A stretch of 61,608 nucleotides of DNA from a virus (IMGVR_UViG_3300025120_000048:1-61608); one strand, 5' to 3'. Shown: positions 9,039 through 19,525, numbered from the stretch's first letter. Translations and numbers: made by a program. Notes: generated by a model from the letters alone, not told the origin.

Positions 9039-9524
9039 ATGAATAAAGATTTAAAATATATGCCTATTGACAACAGAGCTACTTCTGATGGAAGCCCTTT
9101 TAGAAATAATGCAATTAAAAAAATGGAATCTAGTGCATTATTTAATCATATAGATGGTCATAAAAAAGATCCATTTGGACCAGCACCAAAAGGTTTTGAA
9201 GATTCAAGAACAGGCTCTAATAAAAAAGAAGTGGGTGGATCTGCTCGCACATTAGGATCTTTAGAAAAAGAATTTGAAACAAAAATGAGTGGTAGGCAAT
9301 CAACTCCCTCAGTTAAAGGACCAGATAGATTAACTCAATTTCAAGCTCAAAAGTCCGCTGATGCTTATGGAAGATTAAGTAGAACAGACCCAAATCAAGC
9401 AAAAAGAATTTCAAGTATTGCTAAACAAAGAGGTATACAACCGGGTGATCTTTCAAAAATGAAAAGATTACAAGAATTAAAAATACAAAGAATGAATGCT
9501 AAAAGTTCTGTTAAGAAAAATTAA
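9039..9524 (+). CDS. Basic hypothetical protein
   Basis: Contains MPIDNR, SPF and SALFN motifs. Confidence 0.6.
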   Translation: MNKDLKYMPIDNRATSDGSPFRNNAIKKMESSALFNHIDGHKKDPFGPAPKGFEDSRTGSNKKEVGGSARTLGSLEKEFETKMSGRQSTPSVKGPDRLTQFQAQKSADAYGRLSRTDPNQAKRISSIAKQRGIQPGDLSKMKRLQELKIQRMNAKSSVKKN

Positions 9525-9527
9525 ATC

Positions 9528-9908
9528 ATGTGGCAGGTATTACTTGGGTTATTAAAAGGTGGTCGTGGAGGTAAAACACCAATAGGTAATTTAGCCTGGG
9601 ATATACGGGAAGCAATAAAAGGCAAAGAATTAGATCCTAATGAATTAATATCTTTACAAACTAAAATAAATGAAATTGAAGCTGGTCATAGAAGTATATT
9701 TGTTGCTGGTTGGAGACCGTTTATTGGATGGATTTGCGGAATTGCTTTAGCTTATAATTTTATTATACGCGATTTATTTATATGGATATTAAAACCTATT
9801 GATATTCCACCAGCTTTACAAATGGAACATTTAATGACAGTATTATTAGGTATGCTTGGTCTTGGTGGCCTACGAACTTTTGAAAAAATAAAAGACAAAA
9901 CAAAATAA
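9528..9908 (+). CDS. 3TM-type holin
   Basis: WRPFIGW, TM segments, LGMLGLGG.RT.EK. Confidence 0.8.
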   Translation: MWQVLLGLLKGGRGGKTPIGNLAWDIREAIKGKELDPNELISLQTKINEIEAGHRSIFVAGWRPFIGWICGIALAYNFIIRDLFIWILKPIDIPPALQMEHLMTVLLGMLGLGGLRTFEKIKDKTK

Positions 9909-9946
9909 AATAATTATATTTACAAATAACAATTAAATTTAATAAA

Positions 9947-10204
9947 ATGAAAAAAGTGGAAACTACATCTATTTCTTCTGAGGAATTAGAAAAGATTCAA
10001 AAACAGCAAGAAACTTTAAGCGATACCATAAAAGCTATAGGTCAATTAGAATCTCAAAAGCATGCATTACTGCATCAGCAAGCTGGACTTAGTCAAGAAA
10101 TTGAAGAATTTAAACAAGAACTTGAAACTAAGTACGGCAGAATAAGAATTAATATTGAAGATGGTTCTTATACTGAAATACCTGAAGAAGAAAACAAAGA
10201 ATAA
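9947..10204 (+). CDS. Coiled-coil hypothetical protein
   Basis: Heptad-like Q/E/L pattern, LETKYG.I.INI.DG end. Confidence 0.65.
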   Translation: MKKVETTSISSEELEKIQKQQETLSDTIKAIGQLESQKHALLHQQAGLSQEIEEFKQELETKYGRIRINIEDGSYTEIPEEENKE

Positions 10205-10206
10205 TA

Positions 10207-10434
10207 ATGTCTTCTATTATTAGAAAAATAAGTATTGGAGCTGATTACAAAAATGAAGCTATGCATTATGCTATAGGGCAACAAGTTTATGGGGGCCATG
10301 AAATAGCTTATATTTTATTTGAAGATCAAGATAGTTCATATAATATTCATATTAAAAAAAATAATGAAATAATGCCCTGGAAAAAATTTAATTCTAATAT
10401 GGCAATTTCAGTAGAATACGATCTACAGTATTAA
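10207..10434 (+). CDS. Conserved hypothetical protein
   Basis: IIRKISIG.DYK..AMHY..GQ; tightly packed ORF. Confidence 0.65.
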   Translation: MSSIIRKISIGADYKNEAMHYAIGQQVYGGHEIAYILFEDQDSSYNIHIKKNNEIMPWKKFNSNMAISVEYDLQY

Positions 10435-11040
10435 ATGAAAAGTATATACGATTTTATTATAGAACCTGCAGGGGAACGATACAATAATGAAATTAAAATT
10501 AAAAATAAAAAATTAATTTTAAATACATCTATTGAAAACTGGAAAGCAATAAATAGAATTGCTTTAGTAATTGAAACACCCATTGCATATTCAACTAAAG
10601 TAAAAAAAAACGATTTAGTAGTTGTTCATCAAAATGTTTTTAGAAAGTTCTATAACATGAAAGGTAAACAACAAAATAGCCGATCGTGGTTTAAAGAAAA
10701 TCAATATTTTTGTGATATAAGCCAAATGTATTTATATAAACAAAATAATAAATGGAATACAATTTCTGAACGTTGTTTTGTAAAACCAATACTTGATACA
10801 AACACTTTAACGCTTGATAAAGAAAAAAAGCTTGTTGGTATATTAAAATACGGTAATAAGTCCTTAAAAGCTACTGGAATTAATCCAGGAGACTTAGTAG
10901 GATTTACACCAAATAGTGAATGGGATTTTATTATTGATAATGAAAGACTTTATTGTATGCAATCTAATGATATAGTAATCAAATATGAATACGAAGGAAA
11001 CGAAGTTGAATATAATCCAAGCTGGGCAAAAAGCAGTTAA
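10435..11040 (+). CDS. Putative tandem GroES-like protein
   Basis: C-terminal INPGDLVGF...FIIDNERLYCMQSNDIV resembles the GroES C-terminal half; the N-half has a similar VKKNDLVVV. Confidence 0.5.
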   Translation: MKSIYDFIIEPAGERYNNEIKIKNKKLILNTSIENWKAINRIALVIETPIAYSTKVKKNDLVVVHQNVFRKFYNMKGKQQNSRSWFKENQYFCDISQMYLYKQNNKWNTISERCFVKPILDTNTLTLDKEKKLVGILKYGNKSLKATGINPGDLVGFTPNSEWDFIIDNERLYCMQSNDIVIKYEYEGNEVEYNPSWAKSS

Positions 11041-11257
11041 AGAATTAATTAAAGTAGCTGAAGAAAAAATTGTTACAGGAGGAGACGATGATATATCTGC
11101 AGATAGATTAAAAAATGCAGCAGCAACAAAAAAATTAGCAATATTTGATGCATTTGAAATACTTACACGTATTGAAGCTGAAAAAAATTTATTAGAAAAC
11201 AAGCCATTAGATAAAAAAGAATCATTTGGTGGATTTGCTGAACGAAGATCAAAATAA
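10985..11257 (+). CDS. Putative terminase small subunit
   Basis: Small helical protein translationally coupled to the large terminase; position only. Confidence 0.45.
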   Translation: MNTKETKLNIIQAGQKAVKELIKVAEEKIVTGGDDDISADRLKNAAATKKLAIFDAFEILTRIEAEKNLLENKPLDKKESFGGFAERRSK

Positions 11258-13464
11258 TGTACGCTCAAACATTAGCTCAAAATGTTTCCCCAATAAAACC
11301 TAATATAATAAAAAAAAATAATAGGTATAAAAAATGGGAGTATGGTTATAATAAAGAACACAATATAATTGTAATAAGCAGAAACGGTACTATTGGGAAT
11401 ATTGTTAAAATACAAAATTTAGTAGTAGCCTTGCCAAAAGAACCTAAAGTTGTTGAAAACAATAACAATATTTGGGAACCTCATATTTTTCCAAAAGAAT
11501 TATCTCAAATTAAAAGCATATTTGAATGGGAAACATACCCAAGTAATTTTAAAGATAAATGGTATGATTATATCAATAGAGAATTTACAAGGCGTGAAGA
11601 AGGTTATTGGTTTATTAATAATAAAATTCCTACTTATATTACTGGCTCTCATTATATGTACCTGCAACACACCAAAATTGATGTTGGGAAGCCAGACTTC
11701 AGAGAGGCTAATAGATTCTTCTTCATTTTTTGGGAAGCCTGCAAAGCCGATAAACGATGTTATGGAATGTGCTATCTTAAAAACCGTAGATCCGGTTTTA
11801 GCTTTATGTCTTCAGCAGAAACCGTCCATCAAGCTACAATTACTTCAGACGCACGGTTTGGGATATTGTCCAAATCAGGTTCTGATGCTAAGAAAATGTT
11901 CACAGATAAAGTTGTACCCATATCAGTTAACTACCCGTTTTTTTTCAAACCAATACAAGACGGAATGGATCGACCCAAGTCAGAGCTTGCATACAGGGTT
12001 CCAGCATCAAAGTTTACTAAAAAGAGTATTACTGAAACCAGTGAAAAACAAATATTAGAAGGATTAGATACAACTATTGATTGGAAAAACACTGGAGACA
12101 ATAGTTATGATGGTGAAAAATTAAAATTATTAGTACACGATGAATCAGGCAAATGGGAAAGACCTGACAATATTCTTAATAATTGGCGAGTAACAAAAAC
12201 TACATTAAGATTAGGTAGTAAAATTATAGGTAAGTGTATGATGGGATCAACATCTAATTCACTTGATAAAGGCGGAAAAAATTTTAAAAAATTATATTAC
12301 GAATCTGATGTTACAAAAAGAAACCGCAATGGACAGACTAGCTCAGGATTATATAGTTTGTTCATACCTATGGAATGGAACTACGAAGGATTCATTAATA
12401 CTTATGGATTTCCTGTATTCGAAACACCCGAACAAATTGTTCAAGGTATCGACAACGAAGAAATTGATATAGGAGTAATACAACATTGGGAAAACGAAGT
12501 TGATGGTTTAAAAGATGATCAAGATAGTTTAAATGAATTATATCGGCAATTTCCAAGAACAGAAGATCATGCTTTTAGAGATGAAGCTAAACAAGCTTTA
12601 TTTAATTTAAGTAAAATTTACGAGCAAATAGATTATAACAATGATTTGCGTAATACAAATGTAATAAGTCAAGGTAATTTTCAATGGTATAATGGAATTG
12701 TAGATACAAGAGTTATCTTTACTCCAAATAAACAAGGAAGATTTAAAATAAGTTGGATACCACCATATAATCTTCAAAATAGAACAATAGAAAAAAATGG
12801 AATTAAATACCCCGGAAACGAGCACCTGGGTGCTTTTGGTTGTGATAGTTATGATATTTCTGGTACGGTTGATAGGAGGGGTTCGAATGGATCACTTCAT
12901 GGGCTAACAAAGTTTTCAATGGAAGAAGCTCCATTAGATCAATTTTTTTTAGAATATATAGCCAGACCACAAACAGCAGAAATATTTTTTGAAGATGTAT
13001 TAATGGCATGTGTTTTTTATGGAATGCCAATACTTGCAGAAAATAATAAACCAAGATTATTATATCATTTTAAAAGAAGAGGTTACAGAGGCTTTTCAAT
13101 GAATAGACCTGATAAAAAATTTAGTAAATTATCTGTAACAGAAAAAGAAATTGGTGGAATACCTAATTCAAGTGAAGATATAAAGCAGGCTCATGCAGCT
13201 GCTATAGAATCTTATATAGAAACTAAAGTGGGTTTTTTAGGAGAAGGATATGGCGATATGTATTTTCAAAGAACGTTAGAAGATTGGGCAAAGTTTAATA
13301 TTAACAATAGAACTGCTCATGATGCATCAATTAGTTCAGGACTTGCAATAATGGCTTGTAATAAAAATAGATATGCACCTGTGAGTAAAAGAATTAAAAC
13401 CACAATAAATTTAGGTATAAAAAAGTACAATAATGATGGTAGTACCTCAAAAATTATAAAATAA
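11257..13464 (+). CDS. Terminase large subunit
   Basis: KNRRSGFS Walker A-like, LLVHDESGK Walker B, MGSTS, nuclease GCDSYD and HD..IS motifs. Confidence 0.9.
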   Translation: MYAQTLAQNVSPIKPNIIKKNNRYKKWEYGYNKEHNIIVISRNGTIGNIVKIQNLVVALPKEPKVVENNNNIWEPHIFPKELSQIKSIFEWETYPSNFKDKWYDYINREFTRREEGYWFINNKIPTYITGSHYMYLQHTKIDVGKPDFREANRFFFIFWEACKADKRCYGMCYLKNRRSGFSFMSSAETVHQATITSDARFGILSKSGSDAKKMFTDKVVPISVNYPFFFKPIQDGMDRPKSELAYRVPASKFTKKSITETSEKQILEGLDTTIDWKNTGDNSYDGEKLKLLVHDESGKWERPDNILNNWRVTKTTLRLGSKIIGKCMMGSTSNSLDKGGKNFKKLYYESDVTKRNRNGQTSSGLYSLFIPMEWNYEGFINTYGFPVFETPEQIVQGIDNEEIDIGVIQHWENEVDGLKDDQDSLNELYRQFPRTEDHAFRDEAKQALFNLSKIYEQIDYNNDLRNTNVISQGNFQWYNGIVDTRVIFTPNKQGRFKISWIPPYNLQNRTIEKNGIKYPGNEHLGAFGCDSYDISGTVDRRGSNGSLHGLTKFSMEEAPLDQFFLEYIARPQTAEIFFEDVLMACVFYGMPILAENNKPRLLYHFKRRGYRGFSMNRPDKKFSKLSVTEKEIGGIPNSSEDIKQAHAAAIESYIETKVGFLGEGYGDMYFQRTLEDWAKFNINNRTAHDASISSGLAIMACNKNRYAPVSKRIKTTINLGIKKYNNDGSTSKIIK

Positions 13465-15876
13465 ATGAATGTATATACAAACCCTAATAGCTCATTTCCA
13501 AGTCAAGTAGTAAGCAATGAAGAAAAAGCCAGTATAGATTATGGTAGACAAGTTGCTCATGCTATAGAAAGAGAGTGGTTTAATCAAGGTAGAAGTAATT
13601 GGAATAGATACCAAACTTCTTGGAATAATTACCACCAATTAAGATTGTATGCCAGAGGTGAACAATCAATTCAAAAATATAAAGATGAATTATCTATTAA
13701 TGGTGATTTGTCTTATTTAAATTTAGATTGGAAACCTGTACCGGTTATACCAAAGTTTATAGACATTGTAGTAAATGGTATTTCAGATAAAGATTTTGAA
13801 ATAAAAGCTTTTGCACAAGATCCAGCATCATTACAAGAAAAAACAGAATATGCAAGAAGTGTATTAAGAGATATGTATACACAAGAATTGCAGGGGATGG
13901 CTAATAAATTATTAGGTGAGGATTTTTCTAATTCACCTATAGCTGCAGAACAATTGCCAGAAACTCCAGAGGAGTTAGAAGTTATGATGCAAACTAGCTA
14001 TAAACAATCTGTAGAAATAGCTGAAGAAGAAGCTATAAATAATGTGCTTGCTAATAATAAATATGATAACATTAAAAAAAGATGTGTATATGATTTAGCT
14101 GTATTAGGTATTGGTGCTTCAAAAACATCATTTAATGTAACAAACGGAATTGTTGTTGATTATGTTGATCCAGCTTATTTAGTTTATTCATATACCGAAG
14201 ATCCTGATTTTGAAGATATATATTATGCTGGTGAAGTAAAATCAATAACAATACCAGAATTAAAAAAGCAATTTCCGTATATTTCTGAAGAAGAATTAAA
14301 AGATATACAAAATATGCCAGGTAATAAGCAATACGTTTCAGGCTGGGGTAATTATGATGAAAATACAGTTCAAGTATTATACTTCGAGTATAAAACTTAC
14401 ATGAATCAAGTATTTAAAATAAAGCAAACAGAAAGTGGATTAGAAAAAGTAATTGAAAAACCAGACACTTTTAATCCTCCCCCAAATGATAATTTTGAAA
14501 GAGTTTCAAGAACAATTGAAGTATTATATGATGGAGTTAAAGTATTAGGTAATAATACAATGTTAAGGTGGGAGTTATGTGAAAACATGACTAGGCCTTA
14601 CGCAGATACTACTAAAGTTAAAATGAATTATGCTGTTACGGCACCTAGAATGTATAAAGGTCGTGTAGAATCGCTAGTAAGTAGAATTACGGGATTTGCT
14701 GATATGATTCAATTAACTCATTTAAAATTACAACAAGTAATGTCTAGAATAGTTCCTGATGGAGTATTTTTAGATATGGATGGATTAGCAGAAGTGGATT
14801 TAGGTAATGGTACAAATTATAATCCAGCCGAAGCTTTAAATATGTATTTTCAAACAGGTAGTATTGTAGGAAGATCTTTAACACAAGATGGCGAATTAAA
14901 TAGAGGTAAAGTTCCTGTACAAGAACTAACTTCCTCTGCGGGCCAAGCAAAAATAAATTCATTAATTGGTACATATCAATATTATTTGCAAATGATAAGA
15001 GATGTTACCGGATTAAATGAAGCAAGAGATGCAAGCACCCCTGATAAAAATGCATTAGTTGGATTACAAAAAATAGCAGCAAATCAATCTAATATTGCAA
15101 CTAAACATATTTTAAAATCTAGTTTATTTTTAACATTAAGAATATGTGAAAATATATCATTAAGAATTGCTGATTGTTTAGAAAATCCATTAACTAATGA
15201 ATCATTAAAACAAAGTATTTCAAAATTTAATGTTAAAACATTAAATGAAATAAAAGATTTAAATTTATATGATTTTGGTATATATTTAGAATTAGAACCA
15301 GAAGCAGAAGAACAAGCCCAATTAGAACAAAATATTCAAGTTGCATTACAATCAGGTGGAATTGATTTAGAAGATGCAATTGACATAAGACAAATTAAAA
15401 ATTTAAAGCTTGCTAATCAAACTCTTAAATTTAAACGTAAGAAAAAACAAGAAGCAGTTGAAGCACAGCAATTAGCTAATATAAATGCTCAAGCTGCCGC
15501 AAATGCAAAAGCTTCTGAAGCAGCCGCATTAGCAGAAGTACAAAAGCAGCAGGCTATTACAGCTGAAAAAGTTAGCATTGAACAAGCTAAGTCACAATTT
15601 GAAATTGAAAGAATGCGTACAGAGTCTCAAATTAAAAGAGAACTTATGGCAGAGGAATTTAATTATCAGGTTCAATTAGCTCAAGCTAAAGGTAAATCTG
15701 AAACAAATAAAGAAAAAGAAATTGAAGATCGTAAAGATCAACGTGTTCGAATACAAGGAACACAACAATCTGAGTTAATAGATCAAAGACAAAATGATTT
15801 ATTACCTAAGAATTTTGAATCCGCTGGAAATGACAACTTAGACGGATTTGGATTAGAACAATTTAATCCTAGATAA
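13465..15876 (+). CDS. Portal protein
   Basis: 803 aa directly after TerL; PVIPKFIDIVV; coiled-coil C-terminus. Confidence 0.8.
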   Translation: MNVYTNPNSSFPSQVVSNEEKASIDYGRQVAHAIEREWFNQGRSNWNRYQTSWNNYHQLRLYARGEQSIQKYKDELSINGDLSYLNLDWKPVPVIPKFIDIVVNGISDKDFEIKAFAQDPASLQEKTEYARSVLRDMYTQELQGMANKLLGEDFSNSPIAAEQLPETPEELEVMMQTSYKQSVEIAEEEAINNVLANNKYDNIKKRCVYDLAVLGIGASKTSFNVTNGIVVDYVDPAYLVYSYTEDPDFEDIYYAGEVKSITIPELKKQFPYISEEELKDIQNMPGNKQYVSGWGNYDENTVQVLYFEYKTYMNQVFKIKQTESGLEKVIEKPDTFNPPPNDNFERVSRTIEVLYDGVKVLGNNTMLRWELCENMTRPYADTTKVKMNYAVTAPRMYKGRVESLVSRITGFADMIQLTHLKLQQVMSRIVPDGVFLDMDGLAEVDLGNGTNYNPAEALNMYFQTGSIVGRSLTQDGELNRGKVPVQELTSSAGQAKINSLIGTYQYYLQMIRDVTGLNEARDASTPDKNALVGLQKIAANQSNIATKHILKSSLFLTLRICENISLRIADCLENPLTNESLKQSISKFNVKTLNEIKDLNLYDFGIYLELEPEAEEQAQLEQNIQVALQSGGIDLEDAIDIRQIKNLKLANQTLKFKRKKKQEAVEAQQLANINAQAAANAKASEAAALAEVQKQQAITAEKVSIEQAKSQFEIERMRTESQIKRELMAEEFNYQVQLAQAKGKSETNKEKEIEDRKDQRVRIQGTQQSELIDQRQNDLLPKNFESAGNDNLDGFGLEQFNPR

Positions 15877-15908
15877 TTTTTTATTAATCAATTTTATACT
15901 ATTATATT

Positions 15909-17117
15909 ATGTCAACAACACCAGAAATTAAAGAGGGGGATTTCAAAATAAAGAAAAAACCTAAAATGAAAAAGCTTGGGAAAAAAAACGAAATTACAAA
16001 AGTAAATTTGGTTGAACCTAAAGTTGAAAAAGAAGAAACAGTTACAAAAGTAATTGTACCTAACGAAAAAAAAGAAGAAGATGCCGTTCAGGAGCAAAGC
16101 ACAAATGAAGTGGATGTTCGCAAATCATCCGAAAATGGCAAAAAAGTGGTTGAAGGAAACAATGAACCCGAAACTACTGCCAAAGATTCTAAAGAAGAAA
16201 CAGTCTTAGAAGAAATTGTTGAAATTGGGGACAAAGAAGAAACCAAGCAAGAAACAATTAAAGAAGAAATTAAAGAAGCGGTAAAAGACGAAAGAATTTT
16301 ACCCGAAAATATTGAAAGCTTAGTTTCATTTATGAAAGAAACTGGTGGAAATATTGAAGATTATGTTCGACTAAATGCAGATTATAATAATGTTAATGAT
16401 AAAACGCTTTTAAGAGAATATTATAAAAATACTCGTCCTCATTTAGATTTTGAAGAAATTAGCTTTCTTATGGAAGATGAATTTGAATATGATCAAGACG
16501 TAGATGATGAGCGAGATGTACGTAAAAAGAAATTAGCGTACAAAGAAGAGGTTGCAAAAGCCAAAAGTTATTTGGATGAGCTTAAAAGTAAATACTATCA
16601 GGAAATCAAGTTGAAACCTGGTGCTACTCAAGAGCAACAAAAAGCTTTAGACTTTTTTAACAGATATAATGAAGAACAAGATGTCGCTAAACAGCAGCAT
16701 GAACAATTTAAATCTAATACTAAACAATTATTTAATAATGATTTCAAAGGTTTTGATTTCAATGTAGGTGATAAAAAGTTTAGATATAAAGTTCAAAATA
16801 CAGATCAAGTTGCTGATAATCAATCTAATATCAACAATATTATTGGGAAGTTCCTAAATGATAAAGGTGAAGTTGTGGATACTAAAGGTTATCATAAAGC
16901 TATGTATGCAGCATCTAATGTAGATAAAATTGCAAATCATTTTTATGAACAAGGAAAAGCTGATGCAGTTAAGAACGTTATTGATAAATCCAAAAATGTT
17001 AGCACAGAGCCTAGAGCTACTGCTGACGGAAATGTATTTGTTAATGGTCTTAAGGTCAGAGCTATAAGTGGACTTGATTCTTCAAAATTAACAATTAAGA
17101 AAAAAAGATTCAATTAA
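15909..17117 (+). CDS. Putative capsid scaffolding protein
   Basis: Acidic/charged helical protein between portal and capsid; HFYEQGKADA motif. Confidence 0.6.
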   Translation: MSTTPEIKEGDFKIKKKPKMKKLGKKNEITKVNLVEPKVEKEETVTKVIVPNEKKEEDAVQEQSTNEVDVRKSSENGKKVVEGNNEPETTAKDSKEETVLEEIVEIGDKEETKQETIKEEIKEAVKDERILPENIESLVSFMKETGGNIEDYVRLNADYNNVNDKTLLREYYKNTRPHLDFEEISFLMEDEFEYDQDVDDERDVRKKKLAYKEEVAKAKSYLDELKSKYYQEIKLKPGATQEQQKALDFFNRYNEEQDVAKQQHEQFKSNTKQLFNNDFKGFDFNVGDKKFRYKVQNTDQVADNQSNINNIIGKFLNDKGEVVDTKGYHKAMYAASNVDKIANHFYEQGKADAVKNVIDKSKNVSTEPRATADGNVFVNGLKVRAISGLDSSKLTIKKKRFN

Positions 17118-17136
17118 AAATTAAAAATTAAAAATT

Positions 17137-18573
17137 ATGGCAACAGTTCCAGTGGCCCCAGTATTTGGGTCAATTAAACCGTCTCAAAAGCAACAGCTTT
17201 TAGAGACAAATTATTTAAGTTTCACCGATGGTAACAATGACTTCGCGCAACAATACCTTCCTGAAATTTATGAACAAGAAGTAGAGCGTTATGGAAACAG
17301 AACATTATCTGGCTTCTTAAGAATGGTTGGTGCAGAAATGCCCATGACTTCTGACCAAATCGTATGGTCTGAGCAAAACCGTTTACATATTGCTTATGAT
17401 GGATGTACTCACTCAGCTGCAGTAGCAGATGATATTACATTTGCTGTAGGTGGTGCAGGTGCAGCATTTGTTGAAAATGTTATTTCTGTAAATCAAACTA
17501 TCGTTATTATGAATCCAGCTAATGGAGCAGAAGTTAAAGCTCTTGTAGTTGCAAGCGTAACAGCAGGTGGTGTGGCTAGTATTTCTGTTAAATCGTATAC
17601 ATCAGCTAATGTTGCTCCTACGATTGCACAGGCTACAGCAGGATTAAAAATATTTGTTTATGGTTCTGAATATAGAAAAGGAACTACAGACAATGATATT
17701 AAAAGTGTAACTCCAAGTTTTACACAGTTTCAAAATTCTCCTATCATTATTAAAGAAAAGTATGCGATCAATGGATCTGATACTGCTCAAATAGGATGGG
17801 TTGAAGTAGCAACTGAAGATGGAACATCTGGATTCTTATGGTATTTAAAAGCTGAATCAGAAACTCGTTTACGTTTTGAAGATTACTTAGAAATGGCTGT
17901 AGTTGAAGGAGAATTAGCAGCAGCTGGTTCTGGTGTTGCAGGAATTGCAGGTATTGCTTATGGTGGTACTCAAGGTTTATTTGCAGCTATTCAAGATAGA
18001 GGTAATGTAGTAAGTGGCTTCGTTGCTGCTGGTGGATTAGGTACATTTGACAATATCCTTAAAAATTTAGATACTCAAGGAGCTATTGAAGAAAACATGC
18101 TTTTCTTAAATCGTTCTACGTCTTTAGATTTTGATGATATGTTAGCTACTCTTTCTGCTGGTGCAAATGGAGGAACAGCTTATGGATTATTTGAAAACTC
18201 TGAAGAGATGGCATTAAATCTTGGATTTACTGGTTTCCGTAGAGGTTCTTATGATTTCTATAAAACTGATTGGAAATACTTAAATGATGCTTCTACTAGA
18301 GGTGCAATGGCAGACAATCCTATTGATGGTGTCCTTGTTCCAGCTGGTACATCAACTGTATATGACCAAATCTTAGGAACTAATATCAGACGACCTTTCT
18401 TACATGTACGTTACCGTGCATCTGAAGCGGATGATAGAAGAATGAAGTCTTGGTTAACAGGATCTGTTGGAGGTGCATATACATCTTCATTAGATGCGAT
18501 GGAAGTTCATTTCCTATCTGAAAGATGTTTAGTAGTTCAGGCTGCAAACAACTTCGTATTATTTACTAAATAG
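17137..18573 (+). CDS. Major capsid protein
   Basis: 478 aa after the scaffold, highly-expressed-type codons (CGT, TTC, AAC), followed by a terminator hairpin. Confidence 0.8.
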   Translation: MATVPVAPVFGSIKPSQKQQLLETNYLSFTDGNNDFAQQYLPEIYEQEVERYGNRTLSGFLRMVGAEMPMTSDQIVWSEQNRLHIAYDGCTHSAAVADDITFAVGGAGAAFVENVISVNQTIVIMNPANGAEVKALVVASVTAGGVASISVKSYTSANVAPTIAQATAGLKIFVYGSEYRKGTTDNDIKSVTPSFTQFQNSPIIIKEKYAINGSDTAQIGWVEVATEDGTSGFLWYLKAESETRLRFEDYLEMAVVEGELAAAGSGVAGIAGIAYGGTQGLFAAIQDRGNVVSGFVAAGGLGTFDNILKNLDTQGAIEENMLFLNRSTSLDFDDMLATLSAGANGGTAYGLFENSEEMALNLGFTGFRRGSYDFYKTDWKYLNDASTRGAMADNPIDGVLVPAGTSTVYDQILGTNIRRPFLHVRYRASEADDRRMKSWLTGSVGGAYTSSLDAMEVHFLSERCLVVQAANNFVLFTK

Positions 18574-18592
18574 TAGATTATACATATTATTA

Positions 18593-18625
18593 TTCAGGGG
18601 GCGCAAGCCCCTTGGGTAATTTTTT
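18593..18625 (+). terminator. Intrinsic terminator after the capsid gene
   Basis: AGGGGGC-GCAA-GCCCCTT hairpin followed by a T-rich run. Confidence 0.7.
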
Positions 18626-18652
18626 ATATTAACTTTTAAATTATATTATATC

Positions 18653-19477
18653 ATGGCTAAAAAAGCTAAAAATATTGATGCTCCAGTAATTGAACAGGAA
18701 GCACCAGTGGTAAAAGAAACAATTAAAAAATCCACTAAACCACAGTGGGAAATTAAAGACAGAAATTATTATTTAACAGGAAATAAAAGTCCTTTAACAT
18801 TAACAATACCTTCTCGTCATACAACTAAAGTTCCATTACTATGGTTTGATTCTAAAACTAATGAACAAAAGGAACTAAGATATGCAACTAATCAAACTTC
18901 TCCATTTGCTGCGGAGCAAAAAGGTGAAGCAACATTAGGGCATATTATTTTTAAAGACGGAACATTAACAGTTTCAAAAGAAAAACAAAATTTGCAAAAA
19001 TTATTGTCATTATATCATCCAAAGTTAAATGTTGCATATACAGAATTTGATGCAATAGAAGAAGCTAAAGATGAATTAGATGATTTAGAAATGCAAATTG
19101 ATGCGTTAAATGCTGCTAAGAATATTGATATAGATCATGCAGAAGCAATCTTAAGAGTTGAAGTAGGTTCTCAAGTAACCACAATGAGCTCAAAAGAAAT
19201 AAGAAGAGATCTATTATTGTTTGCTAAACGTAAACCAGATTTATTTTTAGATTTAGCTGCTGATGATAATGTTGAGCTACGTAATATTGCAATTGTAGCA
19301 CAGGAATCAGGTATTATAAAATTATCACAAGATCAAAGAACATTTTCTTGGGCTTCAAACGATAAAAAATTAATGACCGTTCCATTTGATGAAAATCCAT
19401 ATTCAGCAATGGCGGCTTTTTTCAAAACAGATGAGGGTACTGAGGTATTTAAATCTATTGAGAAAAAATTAAAATAA
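18653..19477 (+). CDS. Conserved virion-module protein
   Basis: 274-aa ORF in the structural block; function not recognised. Confidence 0.6.
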   Translation: MAKKAKNIDAPVIEQEAPVVKETIKKSTKPQWEIKDRNYYLTGNKSPLTLTIPSRHTTKVPLLWFDSKTNEQKELRYATNQTSPFAAEQKGEATLGHIIFKDGTLTVSKEKQNLQKLLSLYHPKLNVAYTEFDAIEEAKDELDDLEMQIDALNAAKNIDIDHAEAILRVEVGSQVTTMSSKEIRRDLLLFAKRKPDLFLDLAADDNVELRNIAIVAQESGIIKLSQDQRTFSWASNDKKLMTVPFDENPYSAMAAFFKTDEGTEVFKSIEKKLK

Positions 19478-19487
19478 CATGTAATAT

Positions 19488-19525
19488 TAATATAAGGGGG
19501 ATATAAAAATTATCCTCCTATATTA
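19488..19525. terminator. Intergenic hairpin
   Basis: TAATATA-A-GGGGGATA...TATCCTCC-TATATTA imperfect inverted repeat. Confidence 0.45.

Noticed and set aside
11450-12058. 202-aa alternative-frame ORF within terminase (similarly 38902..39294, 45299..45715)
   Set aside because: Fully nested in conserved genes, no recognisable motifs or start context; treated as shadow ORFs
12878-12895. GGTTCGAAT resembling a tRNA T-loop
   Set aside because: Lies within the terminase ORF with no cloverleaf around it
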